From: Escherichia coli
Lineage (GTDB): Bacteria; Pseudomonadota; Gammaproteobacteria; Enterobacterales; Enterobacteriaceae
DNA length: 64,000 nt
Assembly (NCBI RefSeq): GCF_046105845.1
Contig: NZ_CP151004.1
Reading direction: 5' to 3' (one strand)
This document shows positions 1 through 10,658 of this stretch, piece after piece; positions within the stretch are counted from its first letter, which is position 1, and every line of letters begins with the position of its first letter. A program made the position numbers and the translations under genes. The notes beneath the pieces are model-generated. The model did no database searches and was not told where the DNA came from. It saw nothing but the letters and a program-made list of their open reading frames with translations.

Positions 1-1362
1 GTCCGTCACGCGGGTCACGGCGCTGACAATCTCCGCCATTGTTTCCCCGGCGCTTTCGACCAGCGTAGAGCCAACATCCACTTTCCCCACCGAGTCTTCA
101 ATCAGGCTTTTAATTTCACGAGCCGCCTGGGCGCTGCGCTGGGCCAGATTACGCACTTCTCCCGCGACCACCGCAAAACCGCGCCCTTGCTCACCCGCAC
201 GCGCAGCCTCAACCGCGGCGTTCAAAGCCAGAATATTGGTCTGGAAGGCAATGCCGTCAATTACGCTGATAATATCGGCGATTTTCTGCGAACTGGTGGA
301 GATATCGCGCATGGTCTGTACTACGTTATCCACCACTTTGCCGCCGCGTTGCGCCGTTTCAGAAGCACTTAACGCCAGATGGCTGGCCTGACGCGCATTC
401 TCGGCGTTCTGTTTCACCGTTGCGGTCAGTTGCTCCATGCTGGCTGCCGTCTCTTCCAGCGAAGCGGCCTGTTGCTCGGTGCGCGAAGAGAGATCGTTAT
501 TGCCGGTGGCGATTTCGCTGGCACCGCTATAAATGGCATTGGCCCCGTTGCGCACATCACCGACGGTACGCATCAGCTCTCCCTGCATATGGCGCAAACT
601 CTCTGCCAGTTGCCCCATCTCATTAGAGCCATCCACCTCAATCGGTTTCACCAGATCGCCGCCTGCAATATGACGAATGCTGTCAATCAGGCGATTCATT
701 GGCGCTACCAACGAGGCTTTAATACCGAACCAGACGGCGAAGATGACCGCCAGTACGACGATCATCACGCCCACCAGAATCCACATCGCCTGGCTGTAGG
801 AGGCATTATTATCGCTGACGGCGATATCATAGAGCCGATCGTTTTGCTCCATGTAAGCCACATACTGCTTCTCGAAACCGTCCTGATATCCCTGGGTCGG
901 CTGATCAAAGAACTCGTTGATTTTGCCTGCACCTAACAGTTGGATCAGCTCCGCCAGCGCATTGTGATAAATATCGTAATTACGTTTGATCTCTGACGCT
1001 GCGGCGGTGCTCTGACGCGGGTCACGCGGCAACGCTTCGTAATCCGCCCAGTTTTTTTCCGCCTGTTTCAGCGAAATACTGGCACTCTGCATTAGCTCAG
1101 CAACGGTTGAACCGCTACCAATATTATTCTGATCCATCATGTAGCGGATACCCGCGCGGTTGAGGGTGTTACGCGTCTGCAACAACGCAACCCAGCTGCC
1201 ATTCAGCGTGGATTGCTGCTGGCGAATGGTTTGTAAAACAGTGAAATTTTCTTTGTCATTCTTTAAGGCATTAAAGAACAGACCGCCTGATGTCAGTTGT
1301 AAAAGGCCAAAAACGGCCAAAACCAGCAGTAAGCTGGTCACAATTTTGATACGTTTTAACAT
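1..1362 (-). CDS. tsr: Methyl-accepting chemotaxis protein Tsr (serine chemoreceptor); 3' end truncated by the window edge, N-terminal ~454 codons present
   Basis: Reverse-strand translation from the ATG at 1362..1360 reads [27 protein letters not shown]..., continuing through the HAMP and methyl-accepting signalling regions. The ORF runs off the window start, which is why it is absent from the ORF track. Confidence 0.9.
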   Translation of the reverse strand, partial: MLKRIKIVTSLLLVLAVFGLLQLTSGGLFFNALKNDKENFTVLQTIRQQQSTLNGSWVALLQTRNTLNRAGIRYMMDQNNIGSGSTVAELMQSASISLKQAEKNWADYEALPRDPRQSTAAASEIKRNYDIYHNALAELIQLLGAGKINEFFDQPTQGYQDGFEKQYVAYMEQNDRLYDIAVSDNNASYSQAMWILVGVMIVVLAVIFAVWFGIKASLVAPMNRLIDSIRHIAGGDLVKPIEVDGSNEMGQLAESLRHMQGELMRTVGDVRNGANAIYSGASEIATGNNDLSSRTEQQAASLEETAASMEQLTATVKQNAENARQASHLALSASETAQRGGKVVDNVVQTMRDISTSSQKIADIISVIDGIAFQTNILALNAAVEAARAGEQGRGFAVVAGEVRNLAQRSAQAAREIKSLIEDSVGKVDVGSTLVESAGETMAEIVSAVTRVTD

Positions 1363-1392
1363 GGTTTCTCTTTCCTGTGGACCGATGCAAGA

Positions 1393-1419
1393 TTTTCGGC
1401 CTGGAAAGGAAAAACTTTA
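1393..1419 (-). promoter_or_regulatory. Putative sigma-28 (FliA) promoter of tsr
   Basis: Minus strand reads TAAAGTTT-N11-GCCGAAAA, against the FliA consensus TAAAGTTT-N11-GCCGATAA, about 30 bp upstream of the tsr start codon. Confidence 0.5.
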
Positions 1420-1591
1420 TAGTCAACGTCATTATCACCGTCGAACATAATTCGTTTTGTTTCATTTTTGTACAAAACTAAGAGCGTCATGAATAAAAAA
1501 ATTAATCTTGTTTATTTATTTCACGCTATTTATCGCAATTTTGCACAATGATGCATCGTATGATGCGCGTTTTAAAGAAAGGATATCTGAT

Positions 1592-2134
1592 ATGTTAAAC
1601 CGTGATTTTGATCATCTATCAACCCTGCTCCATCTTTTTTTTGAGCGTGACGATATTTGCCAAAAGCTTAATATTATTGATCAAAACGAGATCACCGGGT
1701 GGGAAGTTTGGTTCCAGGTGGAGTTTGCTAATATGCTTTGCTCAACAGACCATGAATGGTGGCGTGAACAAACACTATCCTGTGATATGCGCAAAAAGCC
1801 CGAACGCCCCACCCTACGTACAGATTTTTTATTACGCAAAAAAGGCTGGGCACAAGATAGCTATATTGCGCTTGAAATTAAACAGAACAGAGATGCGACA
1901 AGTTGTGTTAAAAATATGATCGCAGACTTAGAGAAAAGCGCCAAAATTAAACGTTCTGAGCTTGATTTGCGTAGTTTCTGGACTTTAGGTATTACCCCGA
2001 TGATCGACAGAGAAAGACTGAACTCTCTCATCGACAGTTATTTAGATGAGAAATTCTATCTTACTAAATCTCGTAAAAAACACGTTTTACTTAAAGAAAT
2101 AAAAAATACACCATATTGCTATATTGTTATTTAA
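1592..2134 (+). CDS. Hypothetical protein (~180 aa), AT-rich orphan ORF inserted between the divergent tsr and btsT genes; possible PD-(D/E)XK-like motif
   Basis: Long ORF in an AT-rich, lysine-rich block with AGGA 5-9 nt upstream of the ATG at 1592. The E...D...ExK spacing (WEVWFQVEF / RTDFLL / ALEIK) is only loosely nuclease-like. Start chosen by RBS; the ORF track start at 1508 is also possible. Confidence 0.45.
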   Translation: MLNRDFDHLSTLLHLFFERDDICQKLNIIDQNEITGWEVWFQVEFANMLCSTDHEWWREQTLSCDMRKKPERPTLRTDFLLRKKGWAQDSYIALEIKQNRDATSCVKNMIADLEKSAKIKRSELDLRSFWTLGITPMIDRERLNSLIDSYLDEKFYLTKSRKKHVLLKEIKNTPYCYIVI

Positions 2135-2242
2135 CATTTATGGCATGAATATAATTTTTAGATGAGTAACACAACTGAGGGCTAAAACTCGCCTTGGTTG
2201 TGATCATCATCACATAAATAGCCTTCATAAACCTTGCTCAAT

Positions 2243-2270
2243 ACCGCTCAACCGCAAAACTGACCGCTTA
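2243..2270 (+). promoter_or_regulatory. Putative BtsR (YehT) LytTR-type response-regulator binding site upstream of btsT: direct repeat ACCGCTCA-N12-ACCGCTTA
   Basis: Direct repeat of the ACC(G/A)CT(C/T)A motif seen in the sequence about 160 bp upstream of the btsT start. Assignment rests on recall of the published YehT motif. Confidence 0.4.
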
Positions 2271-2426
2271 CGTCCCTAAAATAACCACTCAGTTATTTAC
2301 CTTACTTTACGCGCGCGTAACTCTGGCAACATCACTGCAGGATAGCGGTCAATTTACCTCCTCAAACGCAACGCAAACCTAGAACGGCTTCGGCCAACTA
2401 TTAATCAATACATGCCAGGTTTTACT

Positions 2427-4577
2427 ATGGATACTAAAAAGATATTCAAGCACATACCCTGGGTGATTCTCGGAATCATCGGTGCATTCTGCCTCGCGGT
2501 AGTTGCATTACGTCGGGGGGAGCACGTCAGCGCCCTGTGGATCGTGGTCGCCTCTGTGTCGGTGTATCTGGTGGCGTATCGCTACTACAGTCTGTACATC
2601 GCCCAGAAGGTGATGAAACTCGACCCCACGCGCGCGACGCCTGCGGTTATTAACAACGACGGTCTGAACTATGTTCCGACTAACCGTTACGTGTTGTTTG
2701 GTCACCACTTCGCCGCTATCGCCGGTGCTGGTCCGCTGGTTGGTCCGGTTCTCGCCGCGCAGATGGGCTACCTGCCTGGCACGCTGTGGCTGCTGGCGGG
2801 GGTAGTGCTGGCCGGTGCGGTACAGGACTTTATGGTGCTGTTTATCTCCTCTCGCCGTAACGGCGCATCTCTCGGTGAGATGATCAAAGAAGAGATGGGA
2901 CCAGTACCGGGGACTATCGCGCTGTTTGGCTGTTTCTTAATCATGATCATCATCCTCGCCGTCCTGGCGCTGATTGTGGTTAAAGCCCTGGCCGAAAGTC
3001 CGTGGGGTGTCTTCACCGTTTGCTCAACCGTACCGATTGCGCTGTTTATGGGTATCTACATGCGCTTTATCCGTCCGGGGCGTGTGGGTGAAGTCTCTGT
3101 CATTGGTATCGTGCTGCTGGTTGCCTCTATCTACTTCGGTGGCGTGATTGCTCACGATCCGTACTGGGGTCCGGCACTGACCTTTAAAGACACCACCATT
3201 ACCTTCGCGCTGATTGGCTATGCGTTTGTTTCCGCACTGCTGCCGGTGTGGCTGATCCTCGCACCGCGCGACTATCTGGCAACCTTCCTGAAAATCGGCG
3301 TTATCGTCGGCCTGGCGCTGGGTATCGTGGTGCTGAACCCGGAACTGAAAATGCCTGCGATGACCCAGTACATTGACGGTACTGGCCCGCTGTGGAAAGG
3401 CGCTCTGTTCCCGTTCCTGTTCATCACCATCGCCTGTGGTGCGGTATCTGGCTTCCACGCGCTGATCTCTTCCGGTACGACGCCGAAACTGCTGGCTAAC
3501 GAAACCGACGCGCGTTTCATTGGCTACGGCGCAATGCTGATGGAGTCCTTCGTGGCGATTATGGCGCTGGTTGCTGCGTCCATCATCGAACCGGGTCTTT
3601 ACTTCGCGATGAACACCCCGCCTGCTGGCCTTGGCATCACCATGCCTAACCTGCATGAAATGGGTGGCGAGAACGCGCCGATCATCATGGCGCAGCTGAA
3701 AGACGTTACCGCACACGCGGCAGCGACCGTCAGCTCCTGGGGCTTCGTGATTTCGCCAGAGCAGATCCTGCAAACCGCGAAAGACATTGGTGAGCCTTCT
3801 GTCCTGAACCGTGCAGGTGGTGCGCCGACGCTGGCGGTAGGTATCGCTCACGTGTTCCACAAAGTGCTGCCGATGGCTGACATGGGCTTCTGGTATCACT
3901 TCGGTATTCTGTTCGAAGCCCTGTTCATCCTGACCGCGCTGGATGCGGGTACCCGTTCTGGCCGCTTTATGCTGCAAGACCTGCTGGGTAACTTCATCCC
4001 GTTCCTGAAAAAAACCGACTCTCTGGTTGCCGGTATCATCGGTACTGCGGGCTGTGTGGGTCTGTGGGGCTACCTGCTGTATCAGGGCGTGGTCGATCCG
4101 CTGGGCGGCGTTAAGAGTCTGTGGCCGCTGTTCGGTATTTCCAACCAGATGCTGGCAGCCGTAGCGCTGGTACTGGGCACCGTTGTGCTGATTAAGATGA
4201 AGCGCACCCAATACATCTGGGTAACTGTTGTTCCGGCTGTATGGCTGCTTATCTGCACCACCTGGGCGCTGGGTCTGAAACTGTTCAGCACCAACCCGCA
4301 GATGGAAGGCTTCTTCTACATGGCAAGCCAGTACAAAGAGAAGATTGCTAACGGTACTGACCTGACGGCGCAGCAGATTGCCAACATGAACCACATCGTT
4401 GTGAATAACTACACCAACGCAGGTCTGAGTATTCTGTTCCTGATCGTGGTGTACAGCATCATCTTCTACGGTTTCAAAACCTGGCTTGCGGTGCGTAACA
4501 GCGACAAACGTACTGACAAAGAAACACCGTACGTTCCAATCCCGGAAGGCGGCGTGAAGATCTCTTCGCACCACTAA
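2427..4577 (+). CDS. btsT: Pyruvate/H+ symporter BtsT (YjiY), CstA family transporter, 716 aa
   Basis: Translation MDTKKIFKHIPWVILGIIGAF... is a multi-TM CstA-family protein. Start set at the internal ATG (2427) matching the canonical N-terminus; the ORF track starts 15 nt upstream. Confidence 0.93.
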   Translation: MDTKKIFKHIPWVILGIIGAFCLAVVALRRGEHVSALWIVVASVSVYLVAYRYYSLYIAQKVMKLDPTRATPAVINNDGLNYVPTNRYVLFGHHFAAIAGAGPLVGPVLAAQMGYLPGTLWLLAGVVLAGAVQDFMVLFISSRRNGASLGEMIKEEMGPVPGTIALFGCFLIMIIILAVLALIVVKALAESPWGVFTVCSTVPIALFMGIYMRFIRPGRVGEVSVIGIVLLVASIYFGGVIAHDPYWGPALTFKDTTITFALIGYAFVSALLPVWLILAPRDYLATFLKIGVIVGLALGIVVLNPELKMPAMTQYIDGTGPLWKGALFPFLFITIACGAVSGFHALISSGTTPKLLANETDARFIGYGAMLMESFVAIMALVAASIIEPGLYFAMNTPPAGLGITMPNLHEMGGENAPIIMAQLKDVTAHAAATVSSWGFVISPEQILQTAKDIGEPSVLNRAGGAPTLAVGIAHVFHKVLPMADMGFWYHFGILFEALFILTALDAGTRSGRFMLQDLLGNFIPFLKKTDSLVAGIIGTAGCVGLWGYLLYQGVVDPLGGVKSLWPLFGISNQMLAAVALVLGTVVLIKMKRTQYIWVTVVPAVWLLICTTWALGLKLFSTNPQMEGFFYMASQYKEKIANGTDLTAQQIANMNHIVVNNYTNAGLSILFLIVVYSIIFYGFKTWLAVRNSDKRTDKETPYVPIPEGGVKISSHH

Positions 4578-4585
4578 CCGTGTTT

Positions 4586-4613
4586 AGCCCCGCTTCGGCG
4601 GGGCTTTGTTCTT
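4586..4613 (+). terminator. Rho-independent terminator downstream of btsT
   Basis: GC-rich hairpin AGCCCCGC-TTCG-GCGGGGCT followed by TTGTTCTT. Confidence 0.6.
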
Positions 4614-4626
4614 ATCAGAGTGAACT

Positions 4627-4830
4627 ATGTTTGGTAACTTAGGACAGGCAAAAAAATATCTCGGCCAGGCGGCGAAGATGTTGATTGGCATTCCAGACTA
4701 CGACAACTACGTCGAGCATATGAAGACCAACCATCCCGACAAGCCGTACATGAGCTATGAAGAATTCTTCCGCGAACGCCAGAACGCGCGCTACGGCGGC
4801 GATGGTAAAGGCGGTATGCGCTGTTGTTAA
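4627..4830 (+). CDS. yjiX: Small DUF466-family protein YjiX (67 aa)
   Basis: [70 protein letters not shown] directly downstream of btsT, a conserved pairing with cstA-like genes. Confidence 0.85.
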
Positions 4831-4840
4831 TGGAGAGAGC

Positions 4841-5797
4841 ATGAACCCGATTGCAGTTACCCTACTCACCGGTTTTTTAGGCGCAGGAAAAACCACCCTG
4901 CTGCGCCATATTCTTAACGAACAGCACGGCTACAAGATTGCCGTAATTGAAAACGAATTTGGCGAAGTCTCTGTTGATGATCAACTGATTGGCGACCGCG
5001 CCACGCAGATCAAAACGCTGACCAACGGCTGCATCTGTTGTTCGCGCTCCAACGAGCTGGAGGACGCGCTACTCGACCTGCTGGACAATCTCGACAAGGG
5101 CAATATTCAGTTCGATCGTCTGGTTATTGAATGCACCGGCATGGCCGATCCCGGCCCGATTATTCAGACCTTTTTCTCCCATGAAGTTTTATGCCAGCGC
5201 TACCTGCTGGACGGGGTGATTGCACTGGTGGATGCGGTACATGCCGATGAGCAGATGAACCAGTTCACCATCGCCCAGTCACAGGTTGGCTACGCCGACC
5301 GCATTCTGCTGACCAAAACCGACGTCGCAGGTGAAGCAGAAAAACTGCGTGAACGCCTGGCGCGCATCAACGCCCGTGCACCGGTCTACACCGTTACCCA
5401 CGGCGATATCGACCTGGGCCTGCTATTCAACACCAACGGTTTTATGCTGGAAGAGAACGTGGTCAGCACCAAACCGCGTTTCCACTTTATCGCGGATAAA
5501 CAAAACGATATTTCGTCGATTGTGGTGGAACTGGATTACCCGGTAGATATCAGCGAAGTTTCTCGGGTGATGGAAAACCTGCTGCTGGAATCGGCAGATA
5601 AACTGCTGCGTTACAAAGGGATGCTGTGGATTGACGGCGAACCTAACCGCCTGCTGTTCCAGGGCGTTCAGCGCCTCTACAGCGCCGACTGGGACCGCCC
5701 GTGGGGCGATGAAAAACCGCATAGCACGATGGTGTTTATCGGGATTCAGCTGCCGGAGGAAGAGATTCGGGCAGCGTTTGCGGGGTTGAGGAAGTAA
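4841..5797 (+). CDS. yjiA: COG0523 / G3E-family P-loop GTPase (putative zinc metallochaperone) YjiA
   Basis: GFLGAGKTTL Walker A, CICCS motif; start at the ATG at 4841 preceded by a GGAGAG RBS. The ORF track extension to 4757 overlaps yjiX and is probably not translated. Confidence 0.9.
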   Translation: MNPIAVTLLTGFLGAGKTTLLRHILNEQHGYKIAVIENEFGEVSVDDQLIGDRATQIKTLTNGCICCSRSNELEDALLDLLDNLDKGNIQFDRLVIECTGMADPGPIIQTFFSHEVLCQRYLLDGVIALVDAVHADEQMNQFTIAQSQVGYADRILLTKTDVAGEAEKLRERLARINARAPVYTVTHGDIDLGLLFNTNGFMLEENVVSTKPRFHFIADKQNDISSIVVELDYPVDISEVSRVMENLLLESADKLLRYKGMLWIDGEPNRLLFQGVQRLYSADWDRPWGDEKPHSTMVFIGIQLPEEEIRAAFAGLRK

Positions 5798-5805
5798 GGG
5801 GTTAT

Positions 5806-5835
5806 GGGCCGGATAAGGCGCAGCCGCATCTGGCC
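5806..5835. repeat. REP (repetitive extragenic palindromic) element
   Basis: GGGCCGGATAAGGCGCAGCCGCATCTGGCC, an imperfect palindrome of REP type between the convergent yjiA and mrr genes. Confidence 0.5.
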
Positions 5836-5842
5836 TGATATT

Positions 5843-6757
5843 TCACTCAAAATAGTCCATATCCAGTTTCGGCACCTTCAACAAACGTGAAGAAACCCCT
5901 ACTTCGTTTTCGATCATTAAGTGCACCAGGCGTTCCCCATCAACCAGCACCATACCCTCGACGGATTGGGCAAAGTCACGCGCCTGAGAAGTAAACCCAG
6001 AAGTGGTAATAAACACCCCACGTTTCGCTTTTTGCCCAGCCAGTGCGCCGTAAAATGCCTGTAATTCTGGCCTGCCTACAGTATTCTGCCAACGTTTTGC
6101 CTGAACATAAACTTTCTCCAGGCCAAGTTTATCAAGCGATATCACACCATCGATGCCACCATCTCCAGTACCGCCAACACGCTGCAAATCATCACGGTGG
6201 CCGCCATACCCCAGGCGATGCAAAACATCCAGAACAATGACTTCAAAGCGCGAAGGAGAAACCTGCAATAAGTTTTCCAGAACCTCATCAGCCACCGCAT
6301 CACGAAGCTCTTTTAGCGCCTGATCTAACCGATCGTCCGGGCTGCTCTTTGCAAGTTCTTCATGATCGGGAGAGTCGGCTTTCGGATCTAAATCGACGGC
6401 ATCCGGCCGTGACTTAAGTTTGACATTCACAAAAGCGAAGGCCAGATGGTTCGTCTCCTGCTCCGTCATTGGCTGGGGATGAGACGCAACCCAGTCAAAA
6501 CCCGCAGGAGTCAGGCACCATTTGCCACGCGACAAACTTTGCGACAACCCGGCACGTTTTAAACGGTCATGCGCCCAGCCTGCACGATTTTTATAAACAA
6601 GTTGTCCGCTGGTAATGACTTTCGCTCGCTGGCTGTCATCCAGTCCTAATGCATCCGCGGCAGCCTCATGAACATCACGCGCGGCTGCACCTTCCGGTTT
6701 TGTCGCCAGATAACGCAGAACAGGTTCAATAAATTTGTCATAGGTTGGAACCGTCAT
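5843..6757 (-). CDS. mrr: Type IV methylation-dependent restriction endonuclease Mrr (304 aa)
   Basis: Translation MTVPTYDKFIEPVLRYLATKPEGAAARDVHEAAADALGLDDSQRAK..., with an N-terminal winged-helix and C-terminal Mrr catalytic region; divergent from hsdR. Confidence 0.9.
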   Translation of the reverse strand: MTVPTYDKFIEPVLRYLATKPEGAAARDVHEAAADALGLDDSQRAKVITSGQLVYKNRAGWAHDRLKRAGLSQSLSRGKWCLTPAGFDWVASHPQPMTEQETNHLAFAFVNVKLKSRPDAVDLDPKADSPDHEELAKSSPDDRLDQALKELRDAVADEVLENLLQVSPSRFEVIVLDVLHRLGYGGHRDDLQRVGGTGDGGIDGVISLDKLGLEKVYVQAKRWQNTVGRPELQAFYGALAGQKAKRGVFITTSGFTSQARDFAQSVEGMVLVDGERLVHLMIENEVGVSSRLLKVPKLDMDYFE

Positions 6758-6944
6758 AGTACATCCTTGCAGAATCAGGTAGATGTTTTTCGGCTACTAT
6801 AACACTACAAAAATAGACGAACACGTTAGAAATGAGTCAGTTGCTGTGACTCCGGTCATTGCCCGGAAAGGTACAGAAAGCTAAGATAGGGCGTTATGGG
6901 CCTTAAATATTTGGACAGGCCCACACAGCAATGGATTAATAACA

Positions 6945-9900
6945 ATGATGAATAAATCCAACTTCGAATTCCTGAAGGGCGTCAACGACTTCACTTATGC
7001 CATCGCCTGTGCGGCGGAAAATAACTACCCGGATGATCCCAACACGACGCTGATTAAAATGCGTATGTTTGGCGAAGCCACAGCGAAACATCTTGGTATG
7101 TTACTCAACATCCCCCCTTGTGAGAATCAACACGATCTCCTGCGCGAACTCGGCAAAATCGCCTTCGTTGATGACAACATTCTCTCTGTATTCCACAAAT
7201 TACGCCGCATTGGTAACCAGGCGGTGCACGAATATCATAACGATCTCGACGATGCCCAGATGTGCCTGCGGCTAGGCTTCCGTCTGGCTGTCTGGTACTA
7301 CCGTCTGGTCACCAAAGATTATGACTTCCCGGTGCCGGTATTTGTGTTGCCGGAACGTGGCGAAAACCTCTATCACCAGGAAGTGCTGACGCTAAAACAA
7401 CAGCTTGAACAGCAGGCGCGAGAAAAAGCGCAGACTCAGGCAGAAGTCGAAGCGCAACAGCAGAAGCTGGTTGCCCTGAACGGCTATATCGCCATTCTGG
7501 AAGGCAAACAGCAGGAAACAGAAGCGCAAACCCAGGCTCGCCTTGCGGCGCTGGAAGCACAGCTTGCCGAGAAGAACGCGGAACTGGCAAAACAGACCGA
7601 ACAGGAACGTAAGGCTTACCACAAAGAAATTACCGATCAGGCCATCAAGCGCGCACTCAACCTTAGCGAAGAAGAGAGCCGCTTCCTGATTGACGCGCAA
7701 CTGCGTAAAGCAGGCTGGCAGGCCGATAGCAAAACCCTGCGCTTCTCCAAAGGCGCACGCCCGGAACCCGGCGTCAATAAAGCCATTGCCGAATGGCCGA
7801 CCGGGAAAGATGAAACGGGTAATCAGGGCTTTGCGGATTATGTGCTGTTTGTCGGCCTCAAGCCCATCGCGGTGGTAGAGGCGAAACGTAAAAATATCGA
7901 CGTTCCCGGCAAGCTCAATGAGTCGTATCGCTACAGCAAATGCTTCGATAATGGCTTCCTGCGGGAAACCTTGCTTGAGCATTACTCGCCGGATGAAGTG
8001 CATGAAGCGGTGCCGGAGTATGAAACCAGCTGGCAGGACACCAGCGGCCAACAACGGTTTAAAATCCCCTTCTGCTACTCGACCAACGGGCGCGAATACC
8101 GCGCAGCAATGAAGACTAAAAGTGGCATCTGGTATCGCGACGTGCGTGATACCCGCAATATGTCGAAAGCCTTACCCGAGTGGCATCGCCCGGAAGAGCT
8201 GCTGGAAATGCTCGGCAGCGAACCGCAAAAACAGAATCAGTGGTTTGCCGATAACCCTGGCATGAGCGAGCTGGGCCTGCGTTATTATCAGGAAGATGCT
8301 GTCCGCGCGGTGGAAAAGGCAATCGTCAAGGGTCAACAAGAGATCCTGCTGGCGATGGCGACCGGTACCGGTAAAACCCGTACCGCAATTGCCATGATGT
8401 TCCGCCTGATCCAGTCCCAGCGTTTTAAACGCATTCTCTTCCTTGTCGATCGCCGTTCTCTTGGCGAGCAGGCGCTGGGGGCGTTTGAAGATACGCGTAT
8501 TAACGGCGACACCTTCAACAGCATTTTCGACATTAAAGGTCTGACGGATAAATTCCCGGAAGACAGCACCAAAATTCACGTTGCCACCGTACAGTCGCTG
8601 GTGAAACGCACCCTGCAATCAGATGAACCGATGCCGGTGGCCCGTTACGACTGTATCGTCGTCGATGAAGCGCATCGCGGCTATATTCTCGATAAAGAGC
8701 AGACCGAAGGCGAGCTGCAATTCCGCAGCCAGCTGGATTACGTCTCTGCCTACCGTCGCATTCTCGATCACTTCGATGCGGTAAAAATCGCCCTCACCGC
8801 CACCCCGGCGCTGCATACGGTACAGATTTTCGGCGAGCCGGTTTACCGTTATACCTACCGTACCGCGGTTATCGACGGGTTTCTGATCGACCAGGATCCG
8901 CCTATTCAGATCATCACCCGCAACGCCCAGGAGGGGGTTTATCTCGCCAAAGGCGAGCAGGTTGAGCGCATCAGCCCACAGGGGGAAGTGATCAACGACA
9001 CCCTGGAAGACGATCAGGATTTTGAGGTCGCCGACTTTAACCGTGGCCTGGTGATCCCGGCGTTTAACCGCGCCGTCTGTAACGAACTCACCAACTACCT
9101 TGATCCGACCGGGTCACAAAAAACGCTGGTCTTCTGCGTCACCAATGCCCATGCCGATATGGTGGTGGAAGAGTTGCGTACCGCGTTCAAGAAAAAGTAT
9201 CCGCAACTGGAGCACGACGCGATCATCAAGATCACCGGTGATGCCGATAAAGACGCGCGCAAAGTGCAGACCATGATCACCCGCTTCAATAAAGAGCGGC
9301 TGCCCAATATCGTGGTAACCGTCGACCTGCTGACGACCGGCGTCGATATTCCGTCGATCTGTAACATCGTGTTCCTGCGTAAAGTACGCAGCCGTATTCT
9401 GTACGAGCAGATGAAAGGCCGCGCCACGCGCTTATGCCCGGACGTGAATAAAACCAGCTTTAAGATTTTCGACTGTGTCGATATCTACAGCACGCTGGAG
9501 AGCGTCGACACCATGCGTCCGGTGGTGGTGCGTCCGAAGGTGGAACTGCAAACGCTGGTCAATGAAATTACCGATTCAGAAACCTATAAAATCACCGAAG
9601 CGGACGGCCGTAGCTTTGCCGAGCACAGCCATGAACAACTGGTGGCGAAGCTCCAGCGCATCATCGGCCTGGCCACGTTTAACCGTGATCGCAGCGAAAC
9701 GATAGATAAACAGGTGCGTCGTCTGGATGAGCTATGCCAGGACGTGGCGGGGGTGAGCTTTAACGGCTTCGCCTCGCGCCTGCGGGAAAAAGGACCGCAC
9801 TGGAGCGCCGAAGTCTTTAACAAACTGCCTGGCTTTATCGCCCGCCTGGAAAAGCTGAAAACCGACATCAATAGCCTGAATGATGCGCCGATCTTCCTCG

Positions 9901-10457
9901 ATATTGACGATGAAGTGGTGAGCGTAAAATCGCTGTACGGTGATTACGACACGCCGCAGGATTTCCTCGAAGCCTTTGACTCGCTGGTGCAACGTTCCCC
10001 GAACGCGCAACCGGCATTGCAGGCGGTGATCAATCGCCCGCGCGATCTCACCCGTAAAGGGCTGGTTGAACTCCAGGAGTGGTTTGACCGCCAGCACTTT
10101 GAGGAATCTTCCCTGCGCAAAGCGTGGAAAGAGACGCGCAATGAAGATATCGCTGCCCGGCTGATTGGACATATTCGCCGCGCTGCGGTGGGCGATGCGC
10201 TGAAACCGTTTGAGGAACGTGTCGATCACGCGCTGACGCGCATTAAGGGCGAAAACGACTGGAGCAGCGAGCAATTAAGCTGGCTCGATCGTTTAGCGCA
10301 GGCGCTGAAAGAGAAAGTGGTGCTCGACGACGATGTCTTCAAAACCGGCAACTTCCACCGTCGCGGCGGGAAGGCGATGCTGCAAAGAACCTTTGACGAT
10401 AATCTCGACAACCTGCTTGATAAATTCAGCGATTATATCTGGGACGAGCTGGCCTGA
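6945..10457 (+). CDS. hsdR: Type I restriction enzyme R subunit HsdR (EcoKI family, type IA), 1170 aa
   Basis: N-terminus MMNKSNFEFLKGVNDFTYAIACAAENNYPDDP...; PD-(D/E)XK nuclease region followed by SF2 helicase motifs (LLAMATGTGKTRTAIA Walker A, VVDEAH DEAH box). Confidence 0.95.
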   Translation: MMNKSNFEFLKGVNDFTYAIACAAENNYPDDPNTTLIKMRMFGEATAKHLGMLLNIPPCENQHDLLRELGKIAFVDDNILSVFHKLRRIGNQAVHEYHNDLDDAQMCLRLGFRLAVWYYRLVTKDYDFPVPVFVLPERGENLYHQEVLTLKQQLEQQAREKAQTQAEVEAQQQKLVALNGYIAILEGKQQETEAQTQARLAALEAQLAEKNAELAKQTEQERKAYHKEITDQAIKRALNLSEEESRFLIDAQLRKAGWQADSKTLRFSKGARPEPGVNKAIAEWPTGKDETGNQGFADYVLFVGLKPIAVVEAKRKNIDVPGKLNESYRYSKCFDNGFLRETLLEHYSPDEVHEAVPEYETSWQDTSGQQRFKIPFCYSTNGREYRAAMKTKSGIWYRDVRDTRNMSKALPEWHRPEELLEMLGSEPQKQNQWFADNPGMSELGLRYYQEDAVRAVEKAIVKGQQEILLAMATGTGKTRTAIAMMFRLIQSQRFKRILFLVDRRSLGEQALGAFEDTRINGDTFNSIFDIKGLTDKFPEDSTKIHVATVQSLVKRTLQSDEPMPVARYDCIVVDEAHRGYILDKEQTEGELQFRSQLDYVSAYRRILDHFDAVKIALTATPALHTVQIFGEPVYRYTYRTAVIDGFLIDQDPPIQIITRNAQEGVYLAKGEQVERISPQGEVINDTLEDDQDFEVADFNRGLVIPAFNRAVCNELTNYLDPTGSQKTLVFCVTNAHADMVVEELRTAFKKKYPQLEHDAIIKITGDADKDARKVQTMITRFNKERLPNIVVTVDLLTTGVDIPSICNIVFLRKVRSRILYEQMKGRATRLCPDVNKTSFKIFDCVDIYSTLESVDTMRPVVVRPKVELQTLVNEITDSETYKITEADGRSFAEHSHEQLVAKLQRIIGLATFNRDRSETIDKQVRRLDELCQDVAGVSFNGFASRLREKGPHWSAEVFNKLPGFIARLEKLKTDINSLNDAPIFLDIDDEVVSVKSLYGDYDTPQDFLEAFDSLVQRSPNAQPALQAVINRPRDLTRKGLVELQEWFDRQHFEESSLRKAWKETRNEDIAARLIGHIRRAAVGDALKPFEERVDHALTRIKGENDWSSEQLSWLDRLAQALKEKVVLDDDVFKTGNFHRRGGKAMLQRTFDDNLDNLLDKFSDYIWDELA

Positions 10458-10658
10458 CACGTATACACTTCATCCTTCAGGCTACCTCTGCGTTGGCTGC
10501 GCTCGTTCACCCCGGTCACGTACTTCTGTACGCTCCCGGGGATTCACTCACTTGCCGCCTTGATGCAACCTGAATGATTTTGTGTATATTACCCTCGGCA
10601 ATTTCTTTTTCTGCGGCCCCAAACAATGCGGGCCGCTGCTTAATTTACGGAACTCACA

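Noticed and set aside
379-936. 185-aa plus-strand ORF (and 420..626) inside tsr
   Set aside because: Antisense to tsr; low-complexity translation and no RBS.
3024-4574. 516-aa minus-strand ORF fully contained within btsT
   Set aside because: Antisense to a well-supported CstA-family transporter gene; the translation is Arg/His/Gln-rich with no motifs, typical of a spurious antisense ORF in GC-rich coding sequence.
7392-8054. 220-aa minus-strand ORF (and several others between 7309 and 10411) inside hsdR
   Set aside because: Antisense to hsdR; spurious.
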